A program made the translations under genes and the position numbers. A stretch of 64,000 nt of DNA from Pelagomonas calceolata (Eukaryota): NCBI GenBank assembly GCA_918797485.1, contig CAKKNE010000001.1, positions 5,642,001-5,706,000 on the forward strand, in the 5' to 3' direction. The notes below the pieces were generated by a model. That model ran no database searches. It was not told the DNA's origin and saw only the letters and a program-made list of their open reading frames with translations. Position 1 is the stretch's first letter, and each line of letters begins with the position of its first letter. Shown here piece by piece: positions 1 through 11,381 of this stretch.

Positions 1-1047
1 CACCATACCCATGGATCCGAGACACTCCTCGTGGTACGGCGCGTCGACAGACCAAGCCGCGGACAACTCGTCGACGGCGCGCCGCAGGCCTACTCGATTG
101 AACTCCGGCGTGGCGAGCCCGTCGAGCGACCGCCAGTCGCGGAGGTACGCCAACGCCGCCGGGACCGCGCGCATCGCGGCGTAGTCCCGCGTGCCCGTCC
201 AGCGACACTCCGCCGCGAAGTCGCCCGCTCCCCAGGACGGAACGACGTGCCGCAGCCCACGGAGCGAGTGTAGGATCGTGGCCGTCGGCGCCGCGAACGC
301 CCACTTGTGGAGGTTGGAGAAGAAGTAGTCCGCGCCGATGGCGTCGACGTTAATTGGAACCTGCCCCAGGGCGTGCGCGCCGTCCACCGCAACTTCAGCG
401 ACGCCGCGGCGCCGACAGAGCGCCACCATCTCGGCGACGGGGCAGACAACAGCCGGTTGCGACGAAACATGATCGATGATTACGTAGCGCGGGTCGTGCT
501 GTTTCAGTGCTTGGTCGAGCCAGTCCAGAATGTGCGCATGCGTCGTGCCCGGGAAGGGAAACGGCCACTCCTTGACGCGCTGCGGGCCGAAGGCCGCGAG
601 CGCCGAGGCCTTGACGCCGCCGTAGGCGTTCGCAGGCAGCAGGACCGTGCCGTCCAGCTGACACCAGCGCCGGAAGACGATCGCGGCAGCCACTGTCGCG
701 TTCTCCACGAGTGAAGTCTCCTCAGCCGGAGCGCCGATCGCGTCGGCCGCGGCGGCCGTCGCCTCTTGCAAGTCGGCGTCGAGCGCTCCCGAAAAGTAGT
801 CCTCGTCCGGTTGCGCGAGCCAGCGCGCACGGCAAGCCTCCGTCGCTGCTAGAACCGGCGCGGGCGTGGCCCCAAACGAGCCGTGATTCAGCCGTGCAAT
901 GCCAGGAGCATGGTGGTCGAAGTCCGATGCGAATTTCGCAGCGCTACGGCGCGTGAAGGTCGATGAAGAGGCTGCCCTCCTTGAGATGGCTGCCCTTGTT
1001 CTAGATACAGATGGCAGCTTCGTCAAAGGAAGCGAGCGCAGGCGCAT
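1..1047 (-). CDS. PLP-dependent class V aminotransferase-fold enzyme (cysteine desulfhydrase / isopenicillin N epimerase-like), 3' partial
   Basis: Manual minus-strand translation from ATG 1047 shows LNHGSFGATP, VDAAHALGQ, DYFFSNLHKW (PLP lysine) and WTGTRDYAA. The N-terminus is Arg/Ser-rich like a mitochondrial presequence. The frame runs off the window edge. Confidence 0.85.
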   Translation of the reverse strand, partial: MRLRSLPLTKLPSVSRTRAAISRRAASSSTFTRRSAAKFASDFDHHAPGIARLNHGSFGATPAPVLAATEACRARWLAQPDEDYFSGALDADLQEATAAAADAIGAPAEETSLVENATVAAAIVFRRWCQLDGTVLLPANAYGGVKASALAAFGPQRVKEWPFPFPGTTHAHILDWLDQALKQHDPRYVIIDHVSSQPAVVCPVAEMVALCRRRGVAEVAVDGAHALGQVPINVDAIGADYFFSNLHKWAFAAPTATILHSLRGLRHVVPSWGAGDFAAECRWTGTRDYAAMRAVPAALAYLRDWRSLDGLATPEFNRVGLRRAVDELSAAWSVDAPYHEECLGSMGMV

Positions 1048-1135
1048 CGCATCAATATTTTGGGCTGCGGAATGCAGCGATTTGCCTCGATACGACCGTA
1101 CGCTCTCCTGTTTTATAAATACGCTTCCGAACTTG

Positions 1136-1159
1136 CTAGTATGTCTTACAGGCCGCTAG
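1136..1159 (-). promoter_or_regulatory. CTAG-N-CTAG intergenic motif copy
   Basis: ctagtatgtcttacaggccgctag, between divergent genes. Confidence 0.6.
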
Positions 1160-1345
1160 CTAATTCACTGAGCCTTATTGCCAGCACGCTACAAAGCCAT
1201 ACGAGTACCGCGCGGGTGCCGTTGGAAGCGTGACGCAACCGCCGCAACGCCTTGCGCTGGAACTCTGCGCTGGAACTCGGAGTTTTGCCGCTGCATAGCC
1301 AAAAAGGCTCTCACTGTGGCAAAGGCCATCTGAGGCGCGGACAAA

Positions 1346-2188
1346 ATGGTCACAGCGTACGGAAGTGACGTGGAAGCCATGAAGAGCAGCGTCCGCGCCA
1401 TGAGCGTCCGCGACCTCAAGGCGGCGCTGCTAGCGGAGGGCATGCCGCCGCAGACGCTGGCCACGTTCGTCGAGAAGAAGGAGTTCCAGGACCGGCTCAT
1501 CAGCAAGTGGCAGCAGAACATGATCAACGAAATGGCGTGTGGCCGCGGTCTCGGAGGCCCGGAGGAGATACGCGAGCAACTGAAGACGTTTCAGAAGCCC
1601 TCCGACGTGCCCGCGTCCGAGCGGATCCCGGACCTGCCCGACGACGTCGTGCTGGGCATCTACTGCTCATATCCGGCCGACGAGGTACCCGTCAGCGCGG
1701 CGACGCTCGAAGCGCTGAACGCCATCGTGTCCGGGGCGCCGTCGCCGCCGGAGGTGCGCGCGCGGTGGCCGCGCAGCGCGGGCGGAGGGGCGGACCCGGT
1801 CGCCAGCCTGCGCCTCTTCGACAGGGGCGACGCAAAGGTTCTGGCCTTTGCGTTCGACTCGCCCCGGGACGCGATGCTCTGGGTCTGGAAGGTCAACTAC
1901 CAGATCTTCGCGGGCGAAGGGGCGCTGCTCATCCACACGCAGAACCTGCCTCCCGAGTACCACGGCTTCCGCATCACGACGACGCTGCACTACATCATGA
2001 ACTACATCACCGGCGGCAAGCTCGTCTTCGCGGACGGCGCCTGGCGCCTGGACGGGCTCGAGGACAAGGTCGGGCGGTACGAGCCCGGCCGCGGCGCGCA
2101 CGAGCCGCTCTCGCAGTGGTGCCTCCGCTCGCTCGACCGCCTCGCCGGCCGCGTCACCTACACGACGCCGGAGCCGCACGTGCCGTGA
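1346..2188 (+). CDS. Hypothetical protein (280 aa)
   Basis: Long ORF with strong GC3 codon bias; no family recognised. Confidence 0.65.
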   Translation: MVTAYGSDVEAMKSSVRAMSVRDLKAALLAEGMPPQTLATFVEKKEFQDRLISKWQQNMINEMACGRGLGGPEEIREQLKTFQKPSDVPASERIPDLPDDVVLGIYCSYPADEVPVSAATLEALNAIVSGAPSPPEVRARWPRSAGGGADPVASLRLFDRGDAKVLAFAFDSPRDAMLWVWKVNYQIFAGEGALLIHTQNLPPEYHGFRITTTLHYIMNYITGGKLVFADGAWRLDGLEDKVGRYEPGRGAHEPLSQWCLRSLDRLAGRVTYTTPEPHVP

Positions 2189-2317
2189 GGCCGTCTGCTG
2201 TGCCATGTGCTAAGTAGTAAGTGAAATATCTTCCGGGCTCTCACCCTCCTGCTGCTCGAGTCCACGGCGCCGACGCGCCGCCGAGGCAGCCCAGCATAGT
2301 AGTTAGTTTAAACAAAT

Positions 2318-3271
2318 TTATACCTCCTCCGATGGCCGCACGAGCGGCTCGTCGAGCGCGCCGTCCTCCGTTGATGATGGCCGCTCCTCGACGGTGACAG
2401 CGGGCCTAGAAGGCGTCAGCGGCGGCGACGGCGGCTCGTCGCGCGGCACGGCGACGGGACCCGGCGAGATCTCCCACGTCGCCACTTTATAGCCCATGAC
2501 CCGGTGGAAGTCCCTATATTTGACGTCTGTGGGCAACAGGTACAGGGGCCAGGGGTCGACACCAAACACGTCGACCCACGGGACCGGCGCGAAGTTGCCC
2601 TTCGGGCCCCGCTTCCGCATTCTATCAATCGTACCTATGCCCGTCACGATCGCGTACACTTGATTGTACATCATCGTCGCTACAAATAACAGCGTAGCTA
2701 TACTAATCCCGAGCAGAGCATAGGCGAGGCCCGCTACTGTTGATGAACTATAAACGTAGCCCGTCCGCACGTTGGCTAGAATCAGGGCCAGAGCATACGT
2801 CGCCTCAATCAAAGTATAAAATAAAAACAGCATGAAGTGCTTCTGGTTGTTCGCCCCGATGCAGTTATTCATCCAGGGGCAGTGGTGGTCCATCCTCACG
2901 ATGCATCGGTTGCAGATGCGGCAGTGGTGCGATCTAGGGGGTTTATACGCATCACACCGCCCACAGATCGTTTCCGGGATTCCACTTTCGGATGCTCGGA
3001 TCAGAGGCTGGGCGTGCCTAGGTACCGCTCCAGGATTGGTGAACATCGTTTTCAGTTGGGCTATCAAAGCTAAACACGAGAAAAAAATGTAGATCGGCAC
3101 GTGCGCTATCGACCAGCCGCCGTCCACGGCCACGACCGTCACCACGACGTCCGCATACAACGTCAGGACCCAGAGCATGGACGCCATCACCGCGCCCGGG
3201 TTATCTCGTTTATTGCACCAGTAGCGCGCTCCTTCGTGCGTGCCGCAGACGGCCGCGTCCAAGTCGTCCAT
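2318..3271 (-). CDS. DHHC palmitoyl acyltransferase
   Basis: [37 protein letters not shown] cysteine-rich domain and 4 TM segments. Confidence 0.95.
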   Translation of the reverse strand: MDDLDAAVCGTHEGARYWCNKRDNPGAVMASMLWVLTLYADVVVTVVAVDGGWSIAHVPIYIFFSCLALIAQLKTMFTNPGAVPRHAQPLIRASESGIPETICGRCDAYKPPRSHHCRICNRCIVRMDHHCPWMNNCIGANNQKHFMLFLFYTLIEATYALALILANVRTGYVYSSSTVAGLAYALLGISIATLLFVATMMYNQVYAIVTGIGTIDRMRKRGPKGNFAPVPWVDVFGVDPWPLYLLPTDVKYRDFHRVMGYKVATWEISPGPVAVPRDEPPSPPLTPSRPAVTVEERPSSTEDGALDEPLVRPSEEV

Positions 3272-3854
3272 GGTTGACGCTTGCGGGGGGCGCCACGTGG
3301 GCCAACACTCTTAAGCGTGGCGGCGGTGGGCCCGGAAACTCCTGGCGCGGTCTATCGGCGCGCGCCGGCGGCGTCCGGCCTTTGAGAGCTTTTCTAGGCC
3401 GCTCGACCAGCGCGCAGCTCGGCGGCTGCGCCAAGGCTGTCGAAATGTACAGATACGCCTCTCAAGCTGCCGCAGTTGGTCCACTAATGCGCAGCGGCGG
3501 CAAATGGCAGGCTCGCGCAGAGGCGTCCTGTTCGATGAAAAGTCCATGATGCCCTGGACCGGCGAGCGAACGAAGCCTCCACCCCTCCCCCACGCGTCCG
3601 AACGACCCCTCAGGCGAGCACAACCGCAAAAAAATGACGCATCACACAACAGACCACCCCAAGCCCACCCAAATGCCAGGACCGCCCATCGAAGCCACGC
3701 CATCACTCCCTAAAGGACCCATCGAGGCCTAGAAGAGAGGCGTCCCGGGGCCGACTGTTCAAAGCCAAGGCTGCAGGAAGCAGAGCGTGCGCCGCCAATC
3801 AACCACAAAACAGGCAGCGCCGCCGTCAAGAGGCAGCCCACGACACCCCAAGCG

Positions 3855-5810
3855 ATGGCCGACGGCGCGCTCATGGCGGCCCCGAGCCCGCCCCATCAAA
3901 GCACGACGCCCGAGCAAGCAACACACAAGACAGCGGTACCGCCGACGCCGTCCCGCCTCAAGTGGTTCGGCAGCCAGATCACCGAAGACAATTTGAATGT
4001 GGACTACGTGTCCAACTCGCTGAGGGAAGAAGACCGGAAACCGGAAATCTCACAAAGACCGCGGCCGCAGCCGTTGTCGAAATTAACCTCCTGGCTCGGC
4101 TGGTCCCGCTCGACCATCAACGACGACGAGTCGTCGCAGTCCTCGCCGAAACGAAGTGCCTCCCCATCCTTCTTCAAGAGCTTCCGGCGGTCGCAGTCGC
4201 CGACCCATGATGATACGAGTGATAAGTCGTCGAACACGCATGGCAGCCAGCAGGACCTGGAGCTCTTGGCAGCTCAAGAAGCCGCCCTCGAAAAGGCGGG
4301 CGGCGCTGCTGTCGAGCAAGGTCATAAACTGCAGCACTACTGTCGCGGGCCGCGGCCCGACGCTTGTAGAAGTGACAGAGGCAAGTTGGACTGGTACGAC
4401 TTCCTGGCCGATACGGAGCTGTGCACGATGCACTTCGACGCTCTTGAAGGTACTGATGCGATGAAACTGAACATTGTTCTCAGAATACTGGAAAATTGTA
4501 AGGTGCCCTCGACGCTGAAATTGAGTCCAGCTACCTTAAAAGCGTTCGCCGGCGACGTCTGGCAGGACATGCACCCGCACCCGTACCACAATTTTTCTCA
4601 TGCTACGGATGTCGCGCAGAGCTTCTATTCCATTTTGATCGCGACGCGTTTAGTCAAGAGCCTCGATGCAATTACCGTCGCTGCTTCGATACTAGCGGCG
4701 CTGTGCCACGATTTAGATCATCCCGGGTACACGAACCAGTACCAGGAGAACGAGCGGACCGAGTTCTGGTTGCGACCTGTGTGTTATTGAGACCTTCGTC
4801 GACCTCCACGCCATCGAGCAGACACGGCAATGGGAACATCGTCGCGTCGATGGCGTGCAGCCTCCACGCCATCGAGCAAGTGGGGCGCCCGAAATTTGAT
4901 TCCACACAGGTTGCGCCACAAGGAGTCGTGCCTCGAGAACCACCACTACGAGCGGTTCGAGCGGTTACTGCAAATACATAACATAACAACCTCCTTGGAT
5001 CGAATCAAGTTCCTCGGCAAAAGGATGATCCTGGCCACCGACATGAAGCAGCACGACCGAATCATGTCCGAGATCCGCGAGAAGATTAGTAAGGGAGACG
5101 ACCTGTTGGCGGACGACGCTTCTGTTGCGTTACTGTTGGGTCTCATACTGAAATGCGCGGACATCTCGAACCAAGCGCGACCGCGGCACGTCGCCGCGAA
5201 GTGGAACGATAGGGTGTACCAGGAGTTCTATCGCGAGGGCGACCAAGATCGGAAGCGAGGTAGACAGGTGCTGAACTTACATGATCGACATAAAAATGAC
5301 ACGAATAGTTCCTCAGTAGGATTTATTGGGTTTGTTGTGGTGCCGTTGTACAAGCTGTTGGGCAAAGCCATCCTGGAAGTGGAGAACAAGCACCAAGTCG
5401 GCCTGAGGACGCGCATCGTCGACGAATGTTTGGTGGTGCTGAACGCTAATAAAGAACGATATGCGAAGATTGCGAATGGCGAACAGGTGGACGCTCCACC
5501 GGTCCACGTCGTCGAGGATGTCGAGACGCCGCCGGGCATCAACGGCGAGCACCAACAAAATTCGGTAAAGTTCTTCAACTACCGCGCGGGCCATGCTACA
5601 CCTCAGGAGGGTGTTGAGGCCCACTTCCGCGCCCGCGAAGGGGGTCGCGAGGACGAGCCTGTGAGGAGGACGCCGTCGCCCATCGTCGAGATCGCCGCGC
5701 GGAGCGCCGCGTCGATTCGGTCTTCCTTGAGACTGATCCGGCCGCCGTCGCGCGAGTCGCTCGTCTTCTTCGCCGAGGAGGCCGCGCGGGCCGAGGCCGA
5801 GGCTTCGTAA
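3855..5810 (+). CDS. Class I 3',5'-cyclic nucleotide phosphodiesterase (intron 4769-4909)
   Basis: YHNFSHATDV, HDLDHPGYTN, LENHH, ILATDM and KCADISN motifs; splicing restores EFWLRHKESCLENHH. Confidence 0.92.
4769..4909 (+). mobile_element. Introner-derived GT-AG intron, 141 nt
   Basis: TSD GTTGCGAC/GTTGCGCC; ends ctgtgtg...tccacacag; internal ccacgccatcga repeats. Confidence 0.85.
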
Positions 5811-6081
5811 GGTTGTGGTTTTGTGATATTTATTTTCTCGGTCTTGATGTGCTGGCGCGACGCGTCGACGAGTACAGCGTTCGGCTCCGTTCGGGTCTTG
5901 CGAGAAGTCCAAAAATAAAAATCGAGCACCGGCTGCTGCCCTCTATTGGTGTCCGCCAGTGCTCTGCTGCACGACGACGCAGCGGGACTCCACATTTAAA
6001 TAAGGGCTGCCCCCCACTGCATCGCCTCGCACGCCGTCGCCGCCACAGCTGCTGCTGGCAAAGGCTGCCCCCACAACCAAT

Positions 6082-7053
6082 ATGGCCACCCAGCTCCTAC
6101 GAGCCCCGGAGAAGGGCACCAAACAACAATCATTGGTAGATGACCAGCAGCTCGAACTACGAACACAGATGGCGGCGCATTACCTGCAGACGGACCACGA
6201 CACGGACGGCGGGCGCCTGATCCAGGGCCAGGTCGACCACACGCTGCTCGTCGGTCACCGCGTGCGTACTTCCACCGAAGAGCTCGAGAAGCTACGAGCA
6301 GAGTTCGGCACGGACCAGCTCCAACTGGAGAAGTGCTTCGTGTGCCAGAGGACCGTGACCCATGGTGAATTTGGAGTGGATCACATCATGTTCTACCTTG
6401 AAGGGGACGAGGAGCGGGAAACTAGGAAAGTGCGGTCGACGCCTCGCATCTGGTGCGGTCCGTGTGCCAAGGCTCATGCGAAGAGAAACAAGAAGCCTTA
6501 TCTACGGAGTCGGACGGAGGAATCATTGCGGGAGGCCTGGCAGGGGTTTGTTTCGAAAGTACGAGAAGGGCAGGGCCAGGACGTTGACGGTGAGGAATTA
6601 GTGGCAGAACCGGGCAATGAAAGTACCAAAAAATTGTGGGCGTGGCTCTCCAAGGTCTTAGTAGCAAAAGATTTTGTGGAGGTCGCCAAGGCGCGCTTCC
6701 GCGTCACTGAGGTGAGGTGTAGTGGTGATGTCGATCTAGAAAATCGCTGCTTCGCCGTCGACATGACGGTCACCTACGAATGCATCACGAAACTCGTCAC
6801 GGGCGAGGAGGTCCAATGCGAAGGGAGTTCGGTGGTTGTGGTCGCGTTGAAGGATGAGGAAGTCTCCACCCAAATAAAACCGGGCGGGAGTGCCCAATTG
6901 ACCGGGTACGACGACCCGTCGCTGGTCGAGCGCGCGACGCAGAAGGTGGAGTTGGCCGCGCGGATCTGGGCGAAGAAGGCCGTGCCGAAATTGGTCGTCG
7001 GGCGGCTGGGGGACCTGAAGGCGAAGGCGCTGAAGTTGGTGGGGGCGAAGTAA
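6082..7053 (+). CDS. Hypothetical protein (323 aa), possible CxxC...CxxC zinc site
   Basis: Long ORF; CFVC...CGPC. Confidence 0.65.
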   Translation: MATQLLRAPEKGTKQQSLVDDQQLELRTQMAAHYLQTDHDTDGGRLIQGQVDHTLLVGHRVRTSTEELEKLRAEFGTDQLQLEKCFVCQRTVTHGEFGVDHIMFYLEGDEERETRKVRSTPRIWCGPCAKAHAKRNKKPYLRSRTEESLREAWQGFVSKVREGQGQDVDGEELVAEPGNESTKKLWAWLSKVLVAKDFVEVAKARFRVTEVRCSGDVDLENRCFAVDMTVTYECITKLVTGEEVQCEGSSVVVVALKDEEVSTQIKPGGSAQLTGYDDPSLVERATQKVELAARIWAKKAVPKLVVGRLGDLKAKALKLVGAK

Positions 7054-7199
7054 TGTTTTAGAGGTTGACTCGTTTTTTCCCCGCGTTCACGAGCCTTGGC
7101 CCTAAGGTAACGCTACACCTGCAAAGTGAGAGAGAGCGTCGCTTATTGGGCTAGTCCCTCTAGCACGGACCCCCGAGCGTCGCCGCGGCGGCTCGTGGC

Positions 7200-7219
7200 C
7201 TAGCGCTTAAAGCCACTAG
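7200..7219 (+). promoter_or_regulatory. CTAG-N-CTAG motif copy (degenerate)
   Basis: ctagcgcttaaagccactag, about 140 nt upstream of ATG 7359. Confidence 0.4.
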
Positions 7220-7358
7220 CAATGCAGCTCGAGGTCGAGTGCAGCGTCTCGCATTGGTGCATCTCAGGCGTATAAATTGCTTTGCTTGCACGGCTACATT
7301 CTGCAGGGCACGCTGCAGCAAGTGCAGACGGCTGCTGCAGCAAAACGCCGCCGCAGCG

Positions 7359-8234
7359 ATGCTGCCACTCCTCCTCCTCATAAGTGCAGTACGCGCCATG
7401 GCGCCGCCGCGCAAATACGCGGGCCCGGGCTTTCGAGTGGTGCGCTGCTTCCCGAAGCTGTCGCGGCGCGATGCGGACAAGGCCGTTTGCGACGGGCGCG
7501 TGATGGTGAACGGCTGCGTGGCCAAACCGGCTTTGAGGGTGAAGTCTGGCGATGTGGTAACCCTTGACGGGAGAAAGCAGGACTGGGAGGCCTTCGCCGC
7601 GAGCCTCGACGAGAACGCCCGACGCTTCCTGGTTTATAACAAGCCGGTAGGCGTCACGTGCACCACAGACAACAACGACCGGCGGTCGCTACGGTTCCAG
7701 CCTGCGCTGAAGCGCTACTTTTCGGCAGGTCGCGTCTTCCCCGTGGGACGCCTCGACGCCGATTCCGAGGGGCTCGTCCTGCTGACGGACGACGGCAAAT
7801 GCGCCGACGCGCTGCTGCAACCAAAAAGCAAGGTGGCGAAGACGTACGTCGTCGAGTTCGAGCGGGACGTCGACGACGGTGACGTCACACGACTGGCGGA
7901 CGGCGTCGAGATCGAGACGCCCCAGCAGCGCTCCGGCGCGACGACCACCCAAAGAACGCGGCCGTGCGAGGTGTCCCGCGAGGGCGACCGGCGGCTCCGC
8001 TTTGTACTAGCAGAGGGCCGCAACCGCCAGCTGCGGCGCATGGCCGAGGCCGTGGGCCACGCCGTCGTGCGGCTCGAGCGCGTGGCCTTCGGTCCGTTAG
8101 CCGTCGACGGGCTCGAGCGGGGCGCCGCGCGGGAGCTGACGGCGTCGGAGCGGGCCGAGGTCGTCGCGCACGTCGACGCGGCGGCTTCTTCTTCGTCGCC
8201 AGCGCGGCCGCGGCGACGGCGTCGGAGTCGGTAA
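7359..8234 (+). CDS. RsuA/RluB/RluF-family rRNA pseudouridine synthase with S4 domain, probably organellar
   Basis: SRRDADKAV..GRVMVNG (S4), YNKPVG, PVGRLDADSEGLVLLTDDG, EGRNRQLRRM; hydrophobic N-terminal signal. Confidence 0.9.
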   Translation: MLPLLLLISAVRAMAPPRKYAGPGFRVVRCFPKLSRRDADKAVCDGRVMVNGCVAKPALRVKSGDVVTLDGRKQDWEAFAASLDENARRFLVYNKPVGVTCTTDNNDRRSLRFQPALKRYFSAGRVFPVGRLDADSEGLVLLTDDGKCADALLQPKSKVAKTYVVEFERDVDDGDVTRLADGVEIETPQQRSGATTTQRTRPCEVSREGDRRLRFVLAEGRNRQLRRMAEAVGHAVVRLERVAFGPLAVDGLERGAARELTASERAEVVAHVDAAASSSSPARPRRRRRSR

Positions 8235-8483
8235 GAACTGTTTCCTGTGGTTCGGCTTCGTGTCGGGTTTCTAGTGGCTTTTGCACGAGAGACGAGCGTG
8301 GCTCGAGCCGCACGACCGCGTGAGGCCGCGGCGGAGCCAGCAGGGCTGGCCCGGGGACCCCGTTAGGCCCTGGGACCCTCTGGTGAGCATCGAGGTAGCC
8401 GTGCGGGCAGTGCCGGCGCCGGAGAGCCCCGAGGTTTAAAGCAGGCGGACGACGAATTTGAGCAGACGAGAGGCTGAATAACC

Positions 8484-10251
8484 ATGCCTAGGGGCAAGAA
8501 GCAGGAGATTCCGATGTGCCAGCACGTTACCACCGTCCACAAAGCTTTCTGGCGCCTTCCCACCGACCGGACGCGGCCGACGCGACGAGACGACGTCCGC
8601 TCTCCCCCACCAGCACGCCATCGACGCGACATGTTTCTCTCACAGGTACGGCACGTCGTGCACGCGCAAGGGTTGTGTGTACCGCCACCCGCCCAAGCCG
8701 CCGAAGAAGGTCCACGTGCCCAAAACCAGTGAAATTTGCGTCCACTACGTGAGCGGGTGCTGTTCCTTCGCGGAGAAGTGCCACATGCGGCACCCCGGCA
8801 AGGCGGAAGCCCAAAAGTTCCGCGAGACGTGCGCGTCGATCGCGTGTCGGTTCGGCGTGGACTGCGCGAACCCGAATTGTCTCTATGATCATACGGGGAG
8901 TGGGAGGACGCGGGAGGCGCCGCTGCCTCCGGCGCCCGCTACTGTAGCACCACAGACTGCGCCGGTCGGTGATAAGTGGTGGACGGACGCGTCCGTCTTC
9001 GGTGATCGAGATTGCGATCCTATTTCGTTGGAGCCTTTATCGGAGCTCGAGTACCCCCCGTTCGGCTTGCAAGAGCAGGGTGTGTGGCACTTCTTCGACG
9101 GTGCTGTCCTAGCAACATACTTAGTGTCGACGGCGACGTTCTGCAACCCCATGACGCGGACGCCTTTGACTAGAGATGATTGTAGAGCTTTGGACGAGTA
9201 TTTGCTCGAGAACGGCCTCCGGGCTGGCCTCAAGGACGTCCTCGTCACGCACGCCTACGACCTGCTCGAGATGACGCGCAAGGGCCAGGATGTTGGTGCG
9301 ATGATTTCTCGTTCTCAAAGAGAAGCTACCACCGTACTCAATTCGTTGTTCGGGTTCTCGCGCTACGAGCCGCCGCCGGACTCGGCCAATACCGCAAACT
9401 ATGTCGACTCCTACGTGGTCCGAGGCGACACCAACGGCCAAGGCGGCGCGACGCTCGGTGAGGCCGTAGCGCAGGAGGAGCCCGAGCCGACGCAGGTGGC
9501 CCCGCCGCCCGCGCCGGCTCTAGACGAGTCGGCGTTTCCTGGGCTGTCGGCCCTCGGCTTGAACCTCGGGAATACGGCGAACGACCTGAGTTTGAACGGG
9601 TTGTCGTTTGCGGACCAGGCCGCGAAGCCTGCAGCTGTCCCTCAGGCGCCTTCTGGCTACCGCGGTCCTTCACTGAATGGAGGTGCCAAACCTACCTCAG
9701 TAAAAGTCCCGCGGGAGATCTGGGTTCCTTTGAGAAACGCTCGAGTCTTCGAGGTCCAGGACCCCTTGGAAAGGTACCGTATGGTCGCGGCGAATCACGA
9801 TCGCAGAGACGTGGTCGATCTGCACTTCCAGTCGTCGCGGACGGCTCCCGTCGTGCTGCAGCACGTGTTAGATACTGCCATACGAGCCAACCCGTCGGGC
9901 GTCTGGGTCGTTACTGGTTCTGGTCATCACGCGCCGCGCAACAGTCACCAGCAGAAGAAGGCGTCGCTGTTCAATTTTGTTGGAGATTACCTGGCGGCGC
10001 AAGGGTACTCCTCGACAATAGCGAAGGACCACAACGGCTTCGCCGGGGCCTACTTGGTCCAGGGGCCAGCTAGAGGCACGGCCGCGCGGCCCATTCCGGC
10101 GACGTACGCGCCGTACCGGACGGGCGCGCACCGCGTGTCGTCGGCGACCTTCGCGGCCGCACCCCTAGACTGGAGCGCGGGCGGCGTGGCGTCTACTCCA
10201 TCACCCTTTTCGTCGTCGTGGGGCGCGACGCCCGCGGCGCCGACGTGGTAG
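8484..10251 (+). CDS. CCCH zinc-finger protein with C-terminal Smr domain (GC-AG intron 8522-8645)
   Basis: Three CCCH fingers, the first restored by splicing (CQYGTSCTRKGCVYRH); VDLH...VVTGSGHH Smr motif. Confidence 0.8.
8522..8645 (+). mobile_element. Degenerate introner-like GC-AG intron, 124 nt
   Basis: Contains cacgccatcgacgcgac and ends ctcacag; removal restores a zinc finger in frame. Confidence 0.65.
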
Positions 10252-10280
10252 CACCGCAGGGCCCTTGTGGCCCGCCCAAC

Positions 10281-10404
10281 CGAAAAAAAAACAGGTGGAC
10301 CGCGCCGGCGCTTGCGCCGGCGCGTGCGCCCATCGACAAAAAAAAACAGGTGGACCGCCCCTCTTGACGGGGTGCAGCGCTCATCGACCAAAAAAAAAAA
10401 AACA
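10281..10404. repeat. Imperfect poly-A-containing direct repeats
   Basis: cg(a)n-caggtggaccgc at about 10281 and 10334, and a third catcgacc(a)n unit at about 10382. Confidence 0.6.
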
Positions 10405-10496
10405 CTAAAAACCATTTCTACAACTAGCATATCCGGCGCGCGCGGGCGGGCGTGGTCCAAAGCCCCTAGCCAAGTCTTACTCACAAGTCACGGTCT

Positions 10497-10900
10497 CTAG
10501 CCGAGCTCAATCGTCACGACGGCGGGCGACGAGAGGCGGTGCAGCTCCGGCGGGCAATCGGGAATCTCCCTCCAGGCCTTGCGCGTGTTGCGTTCGTCGC
10601 TCTTTTCCCGGCCTTCATGTTTAACGCGACGCCGCCACCAGCGTTCGTCCGGTTCCAGGTCCGAGTCCGAATCAGCGTCCATGGCTCTCTCGAAGTCCAC
10701 GTAGCCGTCGTCCCACGGCTCCAAATCCTCCGCGGCGAGGATTCGGTCCCTTCGCTCCCGCGGATCTTCGCTTCCGTCGGTATCGCTGAAGTAGTCGAGG
10801 AACGTGTGGGCCTCGCCGTAGTCCCACAGCGTCTCGTCGAGGCCGTTCGGCAAGCAGAGCGAGAGCAGACAACGCGAGGAGTGAGATTGCTATTTTTTTG
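10497..10900 (-). pseudogene. Short acidic ORF with an apparently frameshifted signal-peptide-like start
   Basis: Hydrophobic IAISLLALSALAL lies in one frame and continues as LPNGLDETLWDY... in another. Confidence 0.3.
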
Positions 10901-11009
10901 GTTTTGCTGTCTATGGGCTGATCCATCCAGGCCCCTCGATTGTCGCCGCCTGAGCGACTGAGGTCCACTGATAAGCCTCAGGGGAGAGTGGTTTCACGAG
11001 CTATGGTCG

Positions 11010-11112
11010 TCGTCGAGCGCGTAGATCTCGCACCGGTACTTGCCACCTGGTCCCTTTTCGCCGACGGCTCGGAAGGCGGAAGGGTCGTAAAAAACGGCGC
11101 TCAAATAGCTCT
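11010..11112 (-). pseudogene. MsrA paralog fragment
   Basis: Encodes YDPSAFRAVGEKGPGGKYRCEIYALD versus HDPSTFRAAGEKGPGGKYRCEIYALD in the gene at about 15245-15325; frameshifted upstream and no catalytic N-terminus seen. Confidence 0.8.
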
Positions 11113-11204
11113 AGGTCGCGTCTCGTGGGATTCAAAAGCAACAAAACGGGTTTCTCACGCTTACACGCCGCAGCCGCGACCCTCGCAGACCCCTCCAGCG
11201 CAAA

Positions 11205-11260
11205 ATGATCCTCACAAATTGCGCCGCCTGCGCCGCCCCACTGGCCCACGCGAGGCGCCG
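11205..11260 (+). pseudogene. Truncated zinc-finger (MYND-like) gene start
   Basis: MILTNCAACAAPLAH then decays into Arg-rich sequence and a stop; family assignment is from memory of pelagophyte proteins. Confidence 0.4.
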
Positions 11261-11381
11261 CCGCCGTCGTCGCCTTCGGGGCATGTGTAATGGTAGCAAT
11301 ATAGCGTTCTCTGACACGTGGGTCACGGTCGTTTTACTAACATAGTTACACAACTACATCAGCGGCTGCGGCGGTCATCCT

